Shown in pieces: positions 23,678 through 31,802 of a DNA stretch of 32,000 bases. Numbering within the stretch: the first letter of the stretch is position 1; each line of letters opens with the position of its first letter. Origin of the DNA: Telmatocola sphagniphila (lineage in GTDB: Bacteria > Planctomycetota > Planctomycetia > Gemmatales > Gemmataceae); NCBI RefSeq assembly GCF_018398935.1, contig NZ_CP074694.1, positions 6,360,001-6,392,000 on the forward strand, in the 5' to 3' direction. The position numbers were made by a program, and so were the translations under genes. The notes under the pieces were generated by a model, which saw only the letters and a program-made list of their open reading frames with translations, was not told the origin of the DNA and made no database searches.

Positions 23678-25843
23678 CTATTTCACCTTTTTCATGTTTT
23701 CGAGGATTTTGTAGCCGACATCCAGTTCAAATGTTTCCCAGGTCGCCTTCGACATCTTACCGGCGATTTGAAAGTTCTCCCGAGCTTCCGATTTTCTATC
23801 CATTTTGAGGTAGGCCATCCCCAAATGAATGTAATAGATCGGCACTTTAGGATTGATTTCGATCAATTGCTTCAGAATCTCACGAGCCTGCTCGGGATGC
23901 CCGTTTTCGAGCAGAATTCGGGCAAGAACGTTGCGGGCGCTGGGTGGGAGAGCGTGACGTTCTTCCATTTCCTTCAGTAAACTGGAACTCTGGTCGGCCA
24001 GCGCGGGCAGATTCATTCCCCGCAGTTGAAGCCAGGCGCGGCGTTCGATACAGCTAAGATCCTGCGATTCCTTCAGAAGATAGTTGTCGTAGGCCCGTAC
24101 CGCCTGATCCGCGGCTACGGAATCCCAACCCAGTGTAGTGGATACCGGTTCCGCCTGACGGGCGTAGGCGTCTCCTTTGAGTTTCCAAGCGTTGTTGTAA
24201 TCGGGCCAACGTTGCAACATCTTTTCCGCTGCCGTAGCCACGTAATCAGTCGCCTCGCCTTCACAGGCCGTCCTCAAGCCCTCATAAATAACATCCGGCT
24301 TGGTGGCATCTTCCAGGACCTTATCCAGGAACTTCTGGATGGCCGTGTGAGCAGCGGCTTTATTCAGAGCTCGAATGTAGACATTGATGGCTCCGGCATC
24401 CGTCGGAATCTGGTCTTCCACTAGACTCATAGAGGCGATCGCCCGGGAAGATTGGCCTTGATCCAGATAGATGGAAGCCTCCTCTCGTGCGATCCACAAA
24501 GTCGCCTTCGACAATTGTTTGAATCGCTGACAAGCTTCCAGAGCAATGTCGTTTCGATTGGCCGCTCGGGCATTCTCGATGAGTAAGGCGATCAGCGTGG
24601 GATCGTTGGGTTTTCGTTCGACCGCTTGCTGGATGATCAACAGGCCGGTTTTGGTATCCACAATTCGGACGAGACGAGTCAGCGCGGCCAGCAGTTCGGG
24701 TTTATCCTCCCCGCAGGCAGTGATCCCTTTATCGATCAGAGCGATGGCTTCCTTCAATTCCTGTCGGCGAATGTGGATCAGAGCCAGCCCGACGTAGCCG
24801 ATCGGATTTGATGGCTCGCGCTGCATCACATTCTTCCAGCATCGCTCGACCCGATCTTCCAGTTCCTTTTTGAGCTCGTCGCTCTCCTCGGCATTAAATT
24901 TCTTCTGTTGAATCAGTTCGTCCAGAATCGCTAACTGACGAAACTGGCACTTACCGAATTCGGTATAAATGAAGTTGGGAATGTCCTCTTCACCCAGAAA
25001 AATCCTGGCCATATTGGAGTATGGAACCCAATAGCCTTTGAGATCGGGATATTGGTCGAAGAATTCGAGGGCGGTGAGGTAGCAGTTGTAATACTGAAGT
25101 TTGATGGCCGGGGGCCAGCGGTCCGAAAAGGCCTTCTTTTTGACCTGAAGTAGCATGTCCAACACCATGTAATCCCGCAACCCTTCAAAAGGCATATTCA
25201 GATTGCGGTGAAGTTGGATGGCCAGGCAAAGCAAATTGGGATTGGGCGAAGGTGTGGCTTGCTGGGGCGGAGGGAGTGATTTCAGGATCTCCCGAGCCTC
25301 TTCTTTATTTCCATTCTGTACGGAATCCTCCGCCAGCAGGCAGATGCACAGCCAATCGCCTTTGGCATAATCGAGTCGCTTTTTGGCTTCGCGACGCATT
25401 TCGGGCAGCTTGTTCAACTGCCGGTTTTTCAAGATGCAGTAGATGAGCATCGTCTGATCGTGCGGATCGGCCTCCAGAGTTTCCATGGCCTTCAAGCGGT
25501 TGCTTACCCGGGAATCCTCCGAACGGAATTTAGCGAGCTTTTCTAAAGTACTCTTCATCTTGTCCGTGTCGAGGGTCAGAGCCGCGACTTCAAACTCCCG
25601 CCAGGATTCCATGGCTTCGTTTGAGTGCATCTCCCCGCGGACTTCTTTCAAGCCGTAGTAGCCAACGAAAGTCAAAACTCCGGCGAAAAGAATCAGAACG
25701 AGGGAAATACCGCGCCGGGAAAGCCCGAATCGGTGGGCAAATTCGACGGGCATTTCTTCGAATTGGTATCTCAGCGCATTCCATGGGGAGAGGACGATGG
25801 AAGTGAGAATAGGAGGGGAAGCAGTTTCTCGGTATGCACTCAT
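23678..25843 (-). CDS. membrane-anchored TPR-repeat protein
   Basis: 721-aa ORF with a ~45-aa N-terminal segment, one TM (ISLVLILFAGVLTFVGYYGL) and then ~650 aa of TPR-like repeats (for example GHPEQAREILKQLIEINPKVPIYYIHLGMAYLKMDRKSEARENFQ). Confidence 0.85.
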   Translation of the reverse strand: MSAYRETASPPILTSIVLSPWNALRYQFEEMPVEFAHRFGLSRRGISLVLILFAGVLTFVGYYGLKEVRGEMHSNEAMESWREFEVAALTLDTDKMKSTLEKLAKFRSEDSRVSNRLKAMETLEADPHDQTMLIYCILKNRQLNKLPEMRREAKKRLDYAKGDWLCICLLAEDSVQNGNKEEAREILKSLPPPQQATPSPNPNLLCLAIQLHRNLNMPFEGLRDYMVLDMLLQVKKKAFSDRWPPAIKLQYYNCYLTALEFFDQYPDLKGYWVPYSNMARIFLGEEDIPNFIYTEFGKCQFRQLAILDELIQQKKFNAEESDELKKELEDRVERCWKNVMQREPSNPIGYVGLALIHIRRQELKEAIALIDKGITACGEDKPELLAALTRLVRIVDTKTGLLIIQQAVERKPNDPTLIALLIENARAANRNDIALEACQRFKQLSKATLWIAREEASIYLDQGQSSRAIASMSLVEDQIPTDAGAINVYIRALNKAAAHTAIQKFLDKVLEDATKPDVIYEGLRTACEGEATDYVATAAEKMLQRWPDYNNAWKLKGDAYARQAEPVSTTLGWDSVAADQAVRAYDNYLLKESQDLSCIERRAWLQLRGMNLPALADQSSSLLKEMEERHALPPSARNVLARILLENGHPEQAREILKQLIEINPKVPIYYIHLGMAYLKMDRKSEARENFQIAGKMSKATWETFELDVGYKILENMKKVK

Positions 25844-25981
25844 GGTGTAATGGCGTGGATTGAGAATTTCCCACTATTTAGAGCAGTGGAAATCTCCCTC
25901 TATTCTACCTGCCGCACTTCGGTCAGCCCAATAAATTGCGCCAGAAAATGAGAGCCAGGATCGCTACAACCGGAAATTGAC

Positions 25982-26392
25982 CTACTTGCCGGCTCCCAAT
26001 TCCTGGATCTTCCCCCAAAGTTCCTCGGAAACGGGCATGACACTGAGTCGACCGATCCGTACCAGTTCCCAGTTCGCGAAAATCGGATCGGCTTTGATGG
26101 TCTCCAAGGTTACCGGCACGCTCAAGCGACGTTGCGGCTTCACTTCCACCATGACGCTCTTCTGGTCGCCGGCCTCCGGATCTTCCGTCGGACCTCGGCT
26201 GACCACCATCTCCCCCACGATCTGCTTCTCTTTTCCGGTGTGATACAGCAGAACCTGGTCCCCCTTGGCCACGCTCCGAAGATGTTTTCGAGCCAGCGCG
26301 TTCGTGACGCCGGTCCACCAGGTTTTCTTGTCGTGGAGCAGTTGATCGTAGCTGTACTCTTCCGGTTCCGATTTGAACAACCAGTAAGCCAT
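25982..26392 (-). CDS. EVE (PUA-like) domain protein
   Basis: 136-aa ORF. MAYWLFKSEPEEYSYDQL...TWWTGVTNALARKHLRSVAKGDQVLLYHTGKEKQIVGEMVV is a typical stand-alone EVE domain pattern. AGGAG lies 5 nt upstream of the ATG, 24 nt after the preceding stop. Confidence 0.85.
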   Translation of the reverse strand: MAYWLFKSEPEEYSYDQLLHDKKTWWTGVTNALARKHLRSVAKGDQVLLYHTGKEKQIVGEMVVSRGPTEDPEAGDQKSVMVEVKPQRRLSVPVTLETIKADPIFANWELVRIGRLSVMPVSEELWGKIQELGAGK

Positions 26393-26416
26393 GTAAACTC
26401 CTAGCGCGAGTGAATG

Positions 26417-28645
26417 CTAGTCCTTTTCGAACATCGGTTTAAGAATGTCGATGACGTTGGAAAAATCATCCGTCCATAGAGGAGTACTCGGGCCAAAACG
26501 GGTGGGGATCCAGGGGCTTCTGCGCAGCTCCTTAAGGTCTTCGACATTCCGGAGGACGATGACCCACTGACAGGGAAACTGCCCCTTTTGAAGATCCGAA
26601 TCTCCCTGATTGTCGCGCACTTCCAAAGGTGGATCGAAGCTCGAGCCAATTTTTGCGAGTACTGGCGGCAAATCGAGATAGCGATTAGACACGTGGAACA
26701 GAAGCATGCCGCCCGGCGCCAATTTCGACAAATACATCTCGACTGCTTCCCGGGTGATCAGATGAATCGGTATGGAATCGGAAGAGAAGGCATCGAGGAT
26801 CAAAAGGTCAAATTTTCCATCCGGTTCTTCCTTCAGACGCAGTCGGGCATCGCCGACGTGGAAAGTCTGGGAGTTCGCCGGAGAATTTTTGATGAAGTGG
26901 AAATATTTCTCATTCTGAGCGATTTGAATCACTGCCGGATCGAGTTCGTACAGAATCCAATCCTCATTGGGCTTGGCGTAGCTTAGCATTGAGCCGATCC
27001 CCAAACCGACCACGCCGACCGTCTTGATCGGTTGGCTGACATCACTCCTTCGCCAGCGCAACATAACGCTTCCAGCAGGTCCGCGCGGATGGTAGTAGGT
27101 CAGAGGTTCATTTATCCGAGCCGGGTCGAGCCACTCCTGGCCATGGATTGTTCGACCGTGCACCAGACGGATGAACGGATAATCGGGATCCAGAGTGACC
27201 TTCAAAACTCCCAGATAATTTCGTTCGCGGAGCAGCACATTTCCAGTGGCGCCGGCATCGAAGGCGCTCAGGGCGGATACTACCAGCAGCGCCAGCATAA
27301 ACCGGAGGGGCCGATCCACCAGTGTGAAAATATAGATCATCGGCAAGCCGTAGAGCAAGGCTCCTCGGAGACTCACCAGGGGGAGGCCGGACGATTCGTG
27401 CAGGGAATGGATAATACTCTGTATGGCAGCCAGTTTCAGCAGGGCCATGATTGCACCGATAGCCACAGCAAGGGCAGTCGGAATCAGCACATCTTTCCAA
27501 TCGAATTTTGCCGTTTCCGGCGTTGGGCGGATCCGACTCGCGAGGATCAGCATCATGGGATATTCGATCAAGCCTAAGCGCTGGAAAATGAATGGAGCGA
27601 GGAGGGCGTTGAAAGCACTGCCGAGCACTCCGCCAAGCGCAATCCACAGAAAGTAGGCAGTTAAATGATCCGGCGTCGGCCGGTCTTTCGCTAATACGCC
27701 GTGACATAAGAGGCAGATCAAAAAAAATGTGATGAGATGAATGCCCAGAACGACAAAAACCGGATCGGCGGCTTCGATTAATAGGACAAAAAATAACGCA
27801 AGGATAGAGATCGATGTGGCCGTGGAAACGAATTTGAGTGGGACTCGAATTATTGAACTGAAAGCCCAAATAAAAGACAGGAAGTAGAGACCCAGGGGAG
27901 CCATCCAGAGCAGGGGCATGGAGGCAATGTCGGTGGTAATGCAGGTCGTCACGCCTTGCAACAGACTGGAAGGAAGGAAAGCCAACCCAATCCAGCGAAG
28001 TATCCGGGACGTCGTCAGAGGTTCCGATTTTTCCGGGACGGCTTCTGTGGCATGCGTTTTTCCTCCCGCAAAGATACCGCAAAAGAGAATCAGCCCAATC
28101 AAAATGTAAAAGGCATACCGCCAGGTCTCGGCTTGTTCCGCCAGTCGCAGTTTCGGTTCTATCCACAGCGGATAAGCGATGAGTAGGGCCAGGCTTCCCA
28201 GGTTACTGGCCGCGTACAGAAAGTAAGGATCGTTCGCAGAGGAATGATCCGTCTGGCTAAACCAGCGTTGCAACAGCGGGGCAGTCGTCGAAACCGCAAA
28301 AAAGGCCGGTCCCACTCCAAAGAAAAGTGTTTTCAGCAACCACAGAATGGGAGACTCGTTTTCGGACGGCGACTGGTTTTGGAGCGAAATCGGAACGGTC
28401 ATCGCCGCCACTACCAGGACAACGAGATGAAGAATCATCTGACGGTTGGCCGGTACGTTCCGAGTCATAAAGTGGCTGTAGAGGTACCCCAGAAGCAGAA
28501 CGGCCTGAAAGAAGACCAGACAGGTGTTCCAGACCGCCGGGGACCCGCCTACCGAGGGCAGTAACATCCGGCCCACGAGCGGTTGGATGGCCATTAAGAG
28601 ACCAGCACTTACCAGCAGAGTGAGGGAGTAGAGAATCGGCGCCAC
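26417..28645 (-). CDS. fused polytopic membrane (MFS-like) / spermidine-synthase-like methyltransferase-fold protein
   Basis: 742-aa ORF with a GTG start and AGGGGA 5 nt upstream. The N-terminal ~480 aa carry about 12 hydrophobic helices. The C-terminal domain has aminopropyltransferase-like blocks VGVVGLGIGSM, ILYELDPAVIQIAQ, FDLLILDAFSSDSIP, GGMLLFHVSN. Confidence 0.85.
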   Translation of the reverse strand: MAPILYSLTLLVSAGLLMAIQPLVGRMLLPSVGGSPAVWNTCLVFFQAVLLLGYLYSHFMTRNVPANRQMILHLVVLVVAAMTVPISLQNQSPSENESPILWLLKTLFFGVGPAFFAVSTTAPLLQRWFSQTDHSSANDPYFLYAASNLGSLALLIAYPLWIEPKLRLAEQAETWRYAFYILIGLILFCGIFAGGKTHATEAVPEKSEPLTTSRILRWIGLAFLPSSLLQGVTTCITTDIASMPLLWMAPLGLYFLSFIWAFSSIIRVPLKFVSTATSISILALFFVLLIEAADPVFVVLGIHLITFFLICLLCHGVLAKDRPTPDHLTAYFLWIALGGVLGSAFNALLAPFIFQRLGLIEYPMMLILASRIRPTPETAKFDWKDVLIPTALAVAIGAIMALLKLAAIQSIIHSLHESSGLPLVSLRGALLYGLPMIYIFTLVDRPLRFMLALLVVSALSAFDAGATGNVLLRERNYLGVLKVTLDPDYPFIRLVHGRTIHGQEWLDPARINEPLTYYHPRGPAGSVMLRWRRSDVSQPIKTVGVVGLGIGSMLSYAKPNEDWILYELDPAVIQIAQNEKYFHFIKNSPANSQTFHVGDARLRLKEEPDGKFDLLILDAFSSDSIPIHLITREAVEMYLSKLAPGGMLLFHVSNRYLDLPPVLAKIGSSFDPPLEVRDNQGDSDLQKGQFPCQWVIVLRNVEDLKELRRSPWIPTRFGPSTPLWTDDFSNVIDILKPMFEKD

Positions 28646-28660
28646 GAAGGTCCCCTGAGT

Positions 28661-29650
28661 TTAGACGGAAATCGGCTGCTTCAGAAATCCGCTTGCCTCG
28701 CGTACCTGTTCCATGGTAGCGATCGCTTCCGCACGAGCTTTCCGGGCCGATGTCCGGAGGACATCTTCCACATAATCGGGCCGGGACGCTAGCTCTTTTC
28801 GCTTTTCCCGGAATGGACCGAAGTAGCCATTAACCTTCTCGAGCAGCATCTTTTTCGAGTCGCCGTAGCCGAGGCCTCCCGCCCGGTAGCGGTTGGCCAG
28901 TTCGGCAATTTCAGTTTCGTACGCGAACAGGCTGAAAAGGGTGAAAATCGTATCGTTTTCCGGGTTCTTGGGAGCTTCGACCGGAGTGGAATCTGTGACA
29001 ATTCCCATGATGGTCTTCTTAAGCGGATTCCCTTCGGCGAAAATTTCGATGGTGTTCCCGTAAGATTTGCTCATTTTCTGGCCGTCGACTCCGGGAACTT
29101 TAGCCCCGACGTCCAGGCGATGCTCTGGCAGCGGAAAAACTTCCTTCCCGTACGCTCGATGGAACTTCTCGGCCAGATCGCGGGTAATTTCGATGTGCTG
29201 CACCTGATCCTGGCCTACAGGCACCAGATTGGATCGGTAGATCAGAATATCGGCCGCCATCAGAACCGGATAAGTGAACAGGCCGATACTGGCTTCGATA
29301 CCCTTGGCAATTTTATCCTTGTAGGAATGGGCTTTTTCCATCAGGCTCATGTTGGAAACCGTGCCGAGAATCCAGGCCAGCTCGCAAACCTCTGGCACGT
29401 CCGATTGCCGGAAGAGCAGGGCTTTGGAAGGGTCGAGGCCGAGAGCGAGATAGTCCAGCGCAACGTCCCGAACATGTTCCAGACGCGTTTTGGCGTTCTG
29501 AATAGTTGTCATCGAGTGGTAATCGGCAATGAAGTAGAAGCATTCCCCCTCATTTTGAAGAGCGATATGCTGGCGAATGGCACCAAAATAGTTGCCGATA
29601 TGCAATTTGCCGGACGGCTGGACGCCGCTGAGTATGCGTTTCAATTTCAT
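28661..29650 (-). CDS. trpS: tryptophan--tRNA ligase
   Basis: 329 aa from ATG 29650 (MKLKRILSGVQPSGKLHIGNYFGAI...). Class I HIGH-type motif (KLHIGN) and KMSKS motif (QKMSKSYGN) are present. The overall TrpRS pattern includes FIADYHSMT and GQDQVQHIEITRDLAEKF. Confidence 0.93.
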   Translation of the reverse strand: MKLKRILSGVQPSGKLHIGNYFGAIRQHIALQNEGECFYFIADYHSMTTIQNAKTRLEHVRDVALDYLALGLDPSKALLFRQSDVPEVCELAWILGTVSNMSLMEKAHSYKDKIAKGIEASIGLFTYPVLMAADILIYRSNLVPVGQDQVQHIEITRDLAEKFHRAYGKEVFPLPEHRLDVGAKVPGVDGQKMSKSYGNTIEIFAEGNPLKKTIMGIVTDSTPVEAPKNPENDTIFTLFSLFAYETEIAELANRYRAGGLGYGDSKKMLLEKVNGYFGPFREKRKELASRPDYVEDVLRTSARKARAEAIATMEQVREASGFLKQPISV

Positions 29651-29726
29651 GAGATCGATATTCCCTGTTTTCAAACGAAATGTTAGATTAGTCGCGATTC
29701 TCCCGGAAACAACGGAAGGACAAGCT

Positions 29727-30491
29727 ATGGATGGCCCGGTTCGCGACGATCGCATGTTCAAGATGGAAACCATCTTGCTGGATGCGCTGAAGGTCGCACT
29801 AGCGAATCCGCAGGAACATCGCCTGTTCCGATCAGGAAAACTCGATGGACTTTTCCCATCCAAAATGGGACTGTCCCTGGAGGCGTCCAACCACGCTCTG
29901 CGCAATGAATTGCTCGAAATTACCCGCACCGAAGCACGCGGGCCCATTAGCCTGGAATGGGTTCGAATAACGCCGCGCGGTGTGGAATTCGTTTATTCCC
30001 ACGATGCTCCCCGGGCCGTGCTGGGGGAGATTCGTAACGTCCTGATCTCCGCCAAGTCGGGGGTACCGGGCCTGGTCGCCGATATGCGAAATAAGCTCGA
30101 AGCAATTTCGCAAAAATTTTCCCAAGAAATTGAAAGTTATGTGAGTCGGCTCGATTCTCTGACGGCCCGCGTGGAAGAGACGATTCGGCGGATGGATGCG
30201 ACGGGGCCGTTGCTGGCCGATCCTCTTCAGGCGCTGATTCCCTGGGGCTACGATGCCCTCGCTTATCTGGAACAGCGCAAGCAGATGACCGGCAATTCGG
30301 TCTGTCCGATGCCGGAACTCTTCGATGCCATCCATCCCAAGCACCCGAGCCTGACTATTCCCGCTTTTCACGATGGGCTTAGACGCCTCGCTGATAACCG
30401 GGCTCTGAGAATGCACCCGGCTCGCGAAATTCCGAAACCGGAGTTTGCGCTGCTGGACGGCTCCCGGATGCTTTACAGTCTCGAGCGTTGA
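29727..30491 (+). CDS. hypothetical protein (helical; central coiled-coil-like segment)
   Basis: Start placed at ATG 29727, with GGAAGGA 6 nt upstream; the ORF extension back to 29592 overlaps trpS and is rejected. 254 aa with no signal peptide or TM. The central heptad-like stretch is MRNKLEAISQKFSQEIESYVSRLDSLTARVEETIRRM. No family recognised. Confidence 0.55.
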   Translation: MDGPVRDDRMFKMETILLDALKVALANPQEHRLFRSGKLDGLFPSKMGLSLEASNHALRNELLEITRTEARGPISLEWVRITPRGVEFVYSHDAPRAVLGEIRNVLISAKSGVPGLVADMRNKLEAISQKFSQEIESYVSRLDSLTARVEETIRRMDATGPLLADPLQALIPWGYDALAYLEQRKQMTGNSVCPMPELFDAIHPKHPSLTIPAFHDGLRRLADNRALRMHPAREIPKPEFALLDGSRMLYSLER

Positions 30492-30645
30492 GAGAAATTG
30501 CCCGCTTTACTCTACCTGACCGTCTTCCCTAAATTTTCGGTCGGGCTTTTCCTGCAATTCCCCTCAAACTTGCCCAAATCCACGTCAAATTCTCTTTTAG
30601 GGTCTTGTAACCTCTGTGTATGATGGGAATTAGCGAGAAATGCCA

Positions 30646-30673
30646 TTGACGACCTGAATACAAGCGTTATAAG
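30646..30673 (+). promoter_or_regulatory. candidate sigma70-like promoter for the 30800..31690 gene
   Basis: TTGACG (30646-30651), a 16-nt spacer, then TATAAG (30668-30673). This would give a ~120-nt leader ending in GGGAGG 7 nt before the ATG. The prediction rests on pattern only. Confidence 0.3.
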
Positions 30674-30799
30674 CACCCGCAGCCGAAGGGGGATATTGCA
30701 TCCTCCACGTAGGTTACCATTTGCATAGAAGGATACTGCCGTGTCCTGTGGGGGACCGTATCGGGGGATTCGGTCGGCAGTTTATCGGGAGGTTTCGAC

Positions 30800-31690
30800 A
30801 TGCGACCCGTAGGTATTATTTTTGTTTTTCTGAACTTGATACTCTCCATTGCTACCTGCGCGCTCATCGTGGTCGTCTACACCACTCGCACGAACTGGAA
30901 GAAAGAATACGACCGGGCCAAAGACCTGGCCTTGGTAGCCGAGGCCGCTTACAAGAGTGAAAAACAGACTCACGATAACGATTTGAAAGGTCGCGAAGAA
31001 CGAATCTCGGCTCTCAACAGCCAGATCGATTCCATGAAGAACGCGGTTTCGACCGCGGAAGCCGCCAAGGTTCAGGCTTTGAAAGACCTGGCCGATTACA
31101 AGAAGACGACGACCGGGGACAATTCCGACAAGGCCAGCATGACGGCCCAAATCACTCAGCTGGGCAAAGAACTCGAATCTCTGAAGGCGGAGCGGCAGAA
31201 TCGCGAGGCGATGATCATTCAGCTCGAAAAGGAAAAGAACGTCGAGCGGAAGGATCGCGTCGAAGCGGAGCAGAGATTGGCTGGCTTGCAATCGCGCAAC
31301 CAGAAACTCGCAAATGACTTTGCCGATCTGACGAACAAATATCAATCCATTGAAAAACAGATGGGTAAGTTGGGGCTTTCGAATCCGAGCATTCTGAATA
31401 ATGATGCTCCGCCGCCGCCGAAGGGAGTCGCTGGCTCAGTGACGGCTGTGAATGATCGCGGTCTCACCGAAATATCCATCGGATCTGATTCGGGAATCAA
31501 GGAAGGCAACGAATTGTTCGTGGCCCGGTTTAACGAGAAAAATCCTTCCGCTTCTACGCTACTGGGAACGCTGCGGATCAGCCGTTCGGAGCCGAAGAAA
31601 GCCATTGGCTACTTTACTCCTGCAGCGACTTCCAACATCAAGAAGCCGAGCGTGGGGGACACGATTCTGACCTCACTGGCCTCGAAATAA
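30800..31690 (+). CDS. membrane-anchored coiled-coil protein with small C-terminal beta-rich domain
   Basis: 296-aa ORF with a strong SD (GGGAGG). It has an N-terminal TM (VGIIFVFLNLILSIATCALIVVVY) and ~170 aa of heptad-rich Lys/Glu/Gln/Ala sequence (for example ITQLGKELESLKAERQNREAMIIQLEKEKNVERKDRVEAEQRLAGLQSRNQKLANDF). A PPPP linker follows, then GSVTAVNDRGLTEISIGSDSGIKEGNELFVAR...VGDTIL. Confidence 0.75.
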   Translation: MRPVGIIFVFLNLILSIATCALIVVVYTTRTNWKKEYDRAKDLALVAEAAYKSEKQTHDNDLKGREERISALNSQIDSMKNAVSTAEAAKVQALKDLADYKKTTTGDNSDKASMTAQITQLGKELESLKAERQNREAMIIQLEKEKNVERKDRVEAEQRLAGLQSRNQKLANDFADLTNKYQSIEKQMGKLGLSNPSILNNDAPPPPKGVAGSVTAVNDRGLTEISIGSDSGIKEGNELFVARFNEKNPSASTLLGTLRISRSEPKKAIGYFTPAATSNIKKPSVGDTILTSLASK

Positions 31691-31802
31691 TTCAAGTCTT
31701 AAGCGATTAATGTTAGTAGAAGCGAACTCTAGTGTTCCCTCGAGTTGAACGAAGCGTCCGACCGTACAAGGGATTTGGACATCGGTATTCTGGAGATACT
31801 CC

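Noticed and set aside
23114-23980. 288-aa antisense ORF spanning the junction of the two TPR genes
   Set aside because: It lies antisense to two well-supported TPR genes. Its Leu/Phe/Arg-rich composition is the mirror image of Lys/Glu/Ala-rich TPR codons. It has no start context or domain.
25844-25981. 6S RNA (ssrS) or another ncRNA next to the EVE gene, as reported for some proteobacterial EVE neighbourhoods
   Set aside because: The gap is 138 nt and contains only one imperfect hairpin (about 25868-25894). It is too short and lacks the extended bulged helix of 6S RNA. It more likely holds the promoter and 5' UTR of the TPR operon; a weak TTGGGC-18 nt-TAGAAT match lies on the minus strand at 25902-25931.
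27720-27727. A8/T8 homopolymer inside the spermidine-synthase-like gene (and a similar run at about 19374-19383) as a possible phase-variation tract
   Set aside because: The runs simply encode consecutive Phe codons in hydrophobic segments (ITFFLICL, MTRFFFLF). They are short, with no evidence of a frameshifted state.
27108-28166. 352-aa ORF on the same strand as the fused MFS/spermidine-synthase gene but in a different frame
   Set aside because: The translation is Arg/Ser/Pro/Cys/His-rich with no hydrophobic-helix periodicity, SD or recognisable motif. The overlapping main frame encodes coherent TM helices and a methyltransferase fold. This is a typical stop-poor off-frame artefact.
29651-29726. 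T-box or Trp-responsive leader upstream of trpS
   Set aside because: Only 76 nt separate trpS from the divergent gene, which is far too short for a T-box leader. No specifier or antiterminator pattern was seen.
29651-29947. 99-codon N-terminal extension of the trpS ORF
   Set aside because: TrpRS homology begins at MKLKRILSGVQPSGKLHIGN (ATG 29650). The extension is Ser/Arg-rich and overlaps the divergent gene starting at 29727.
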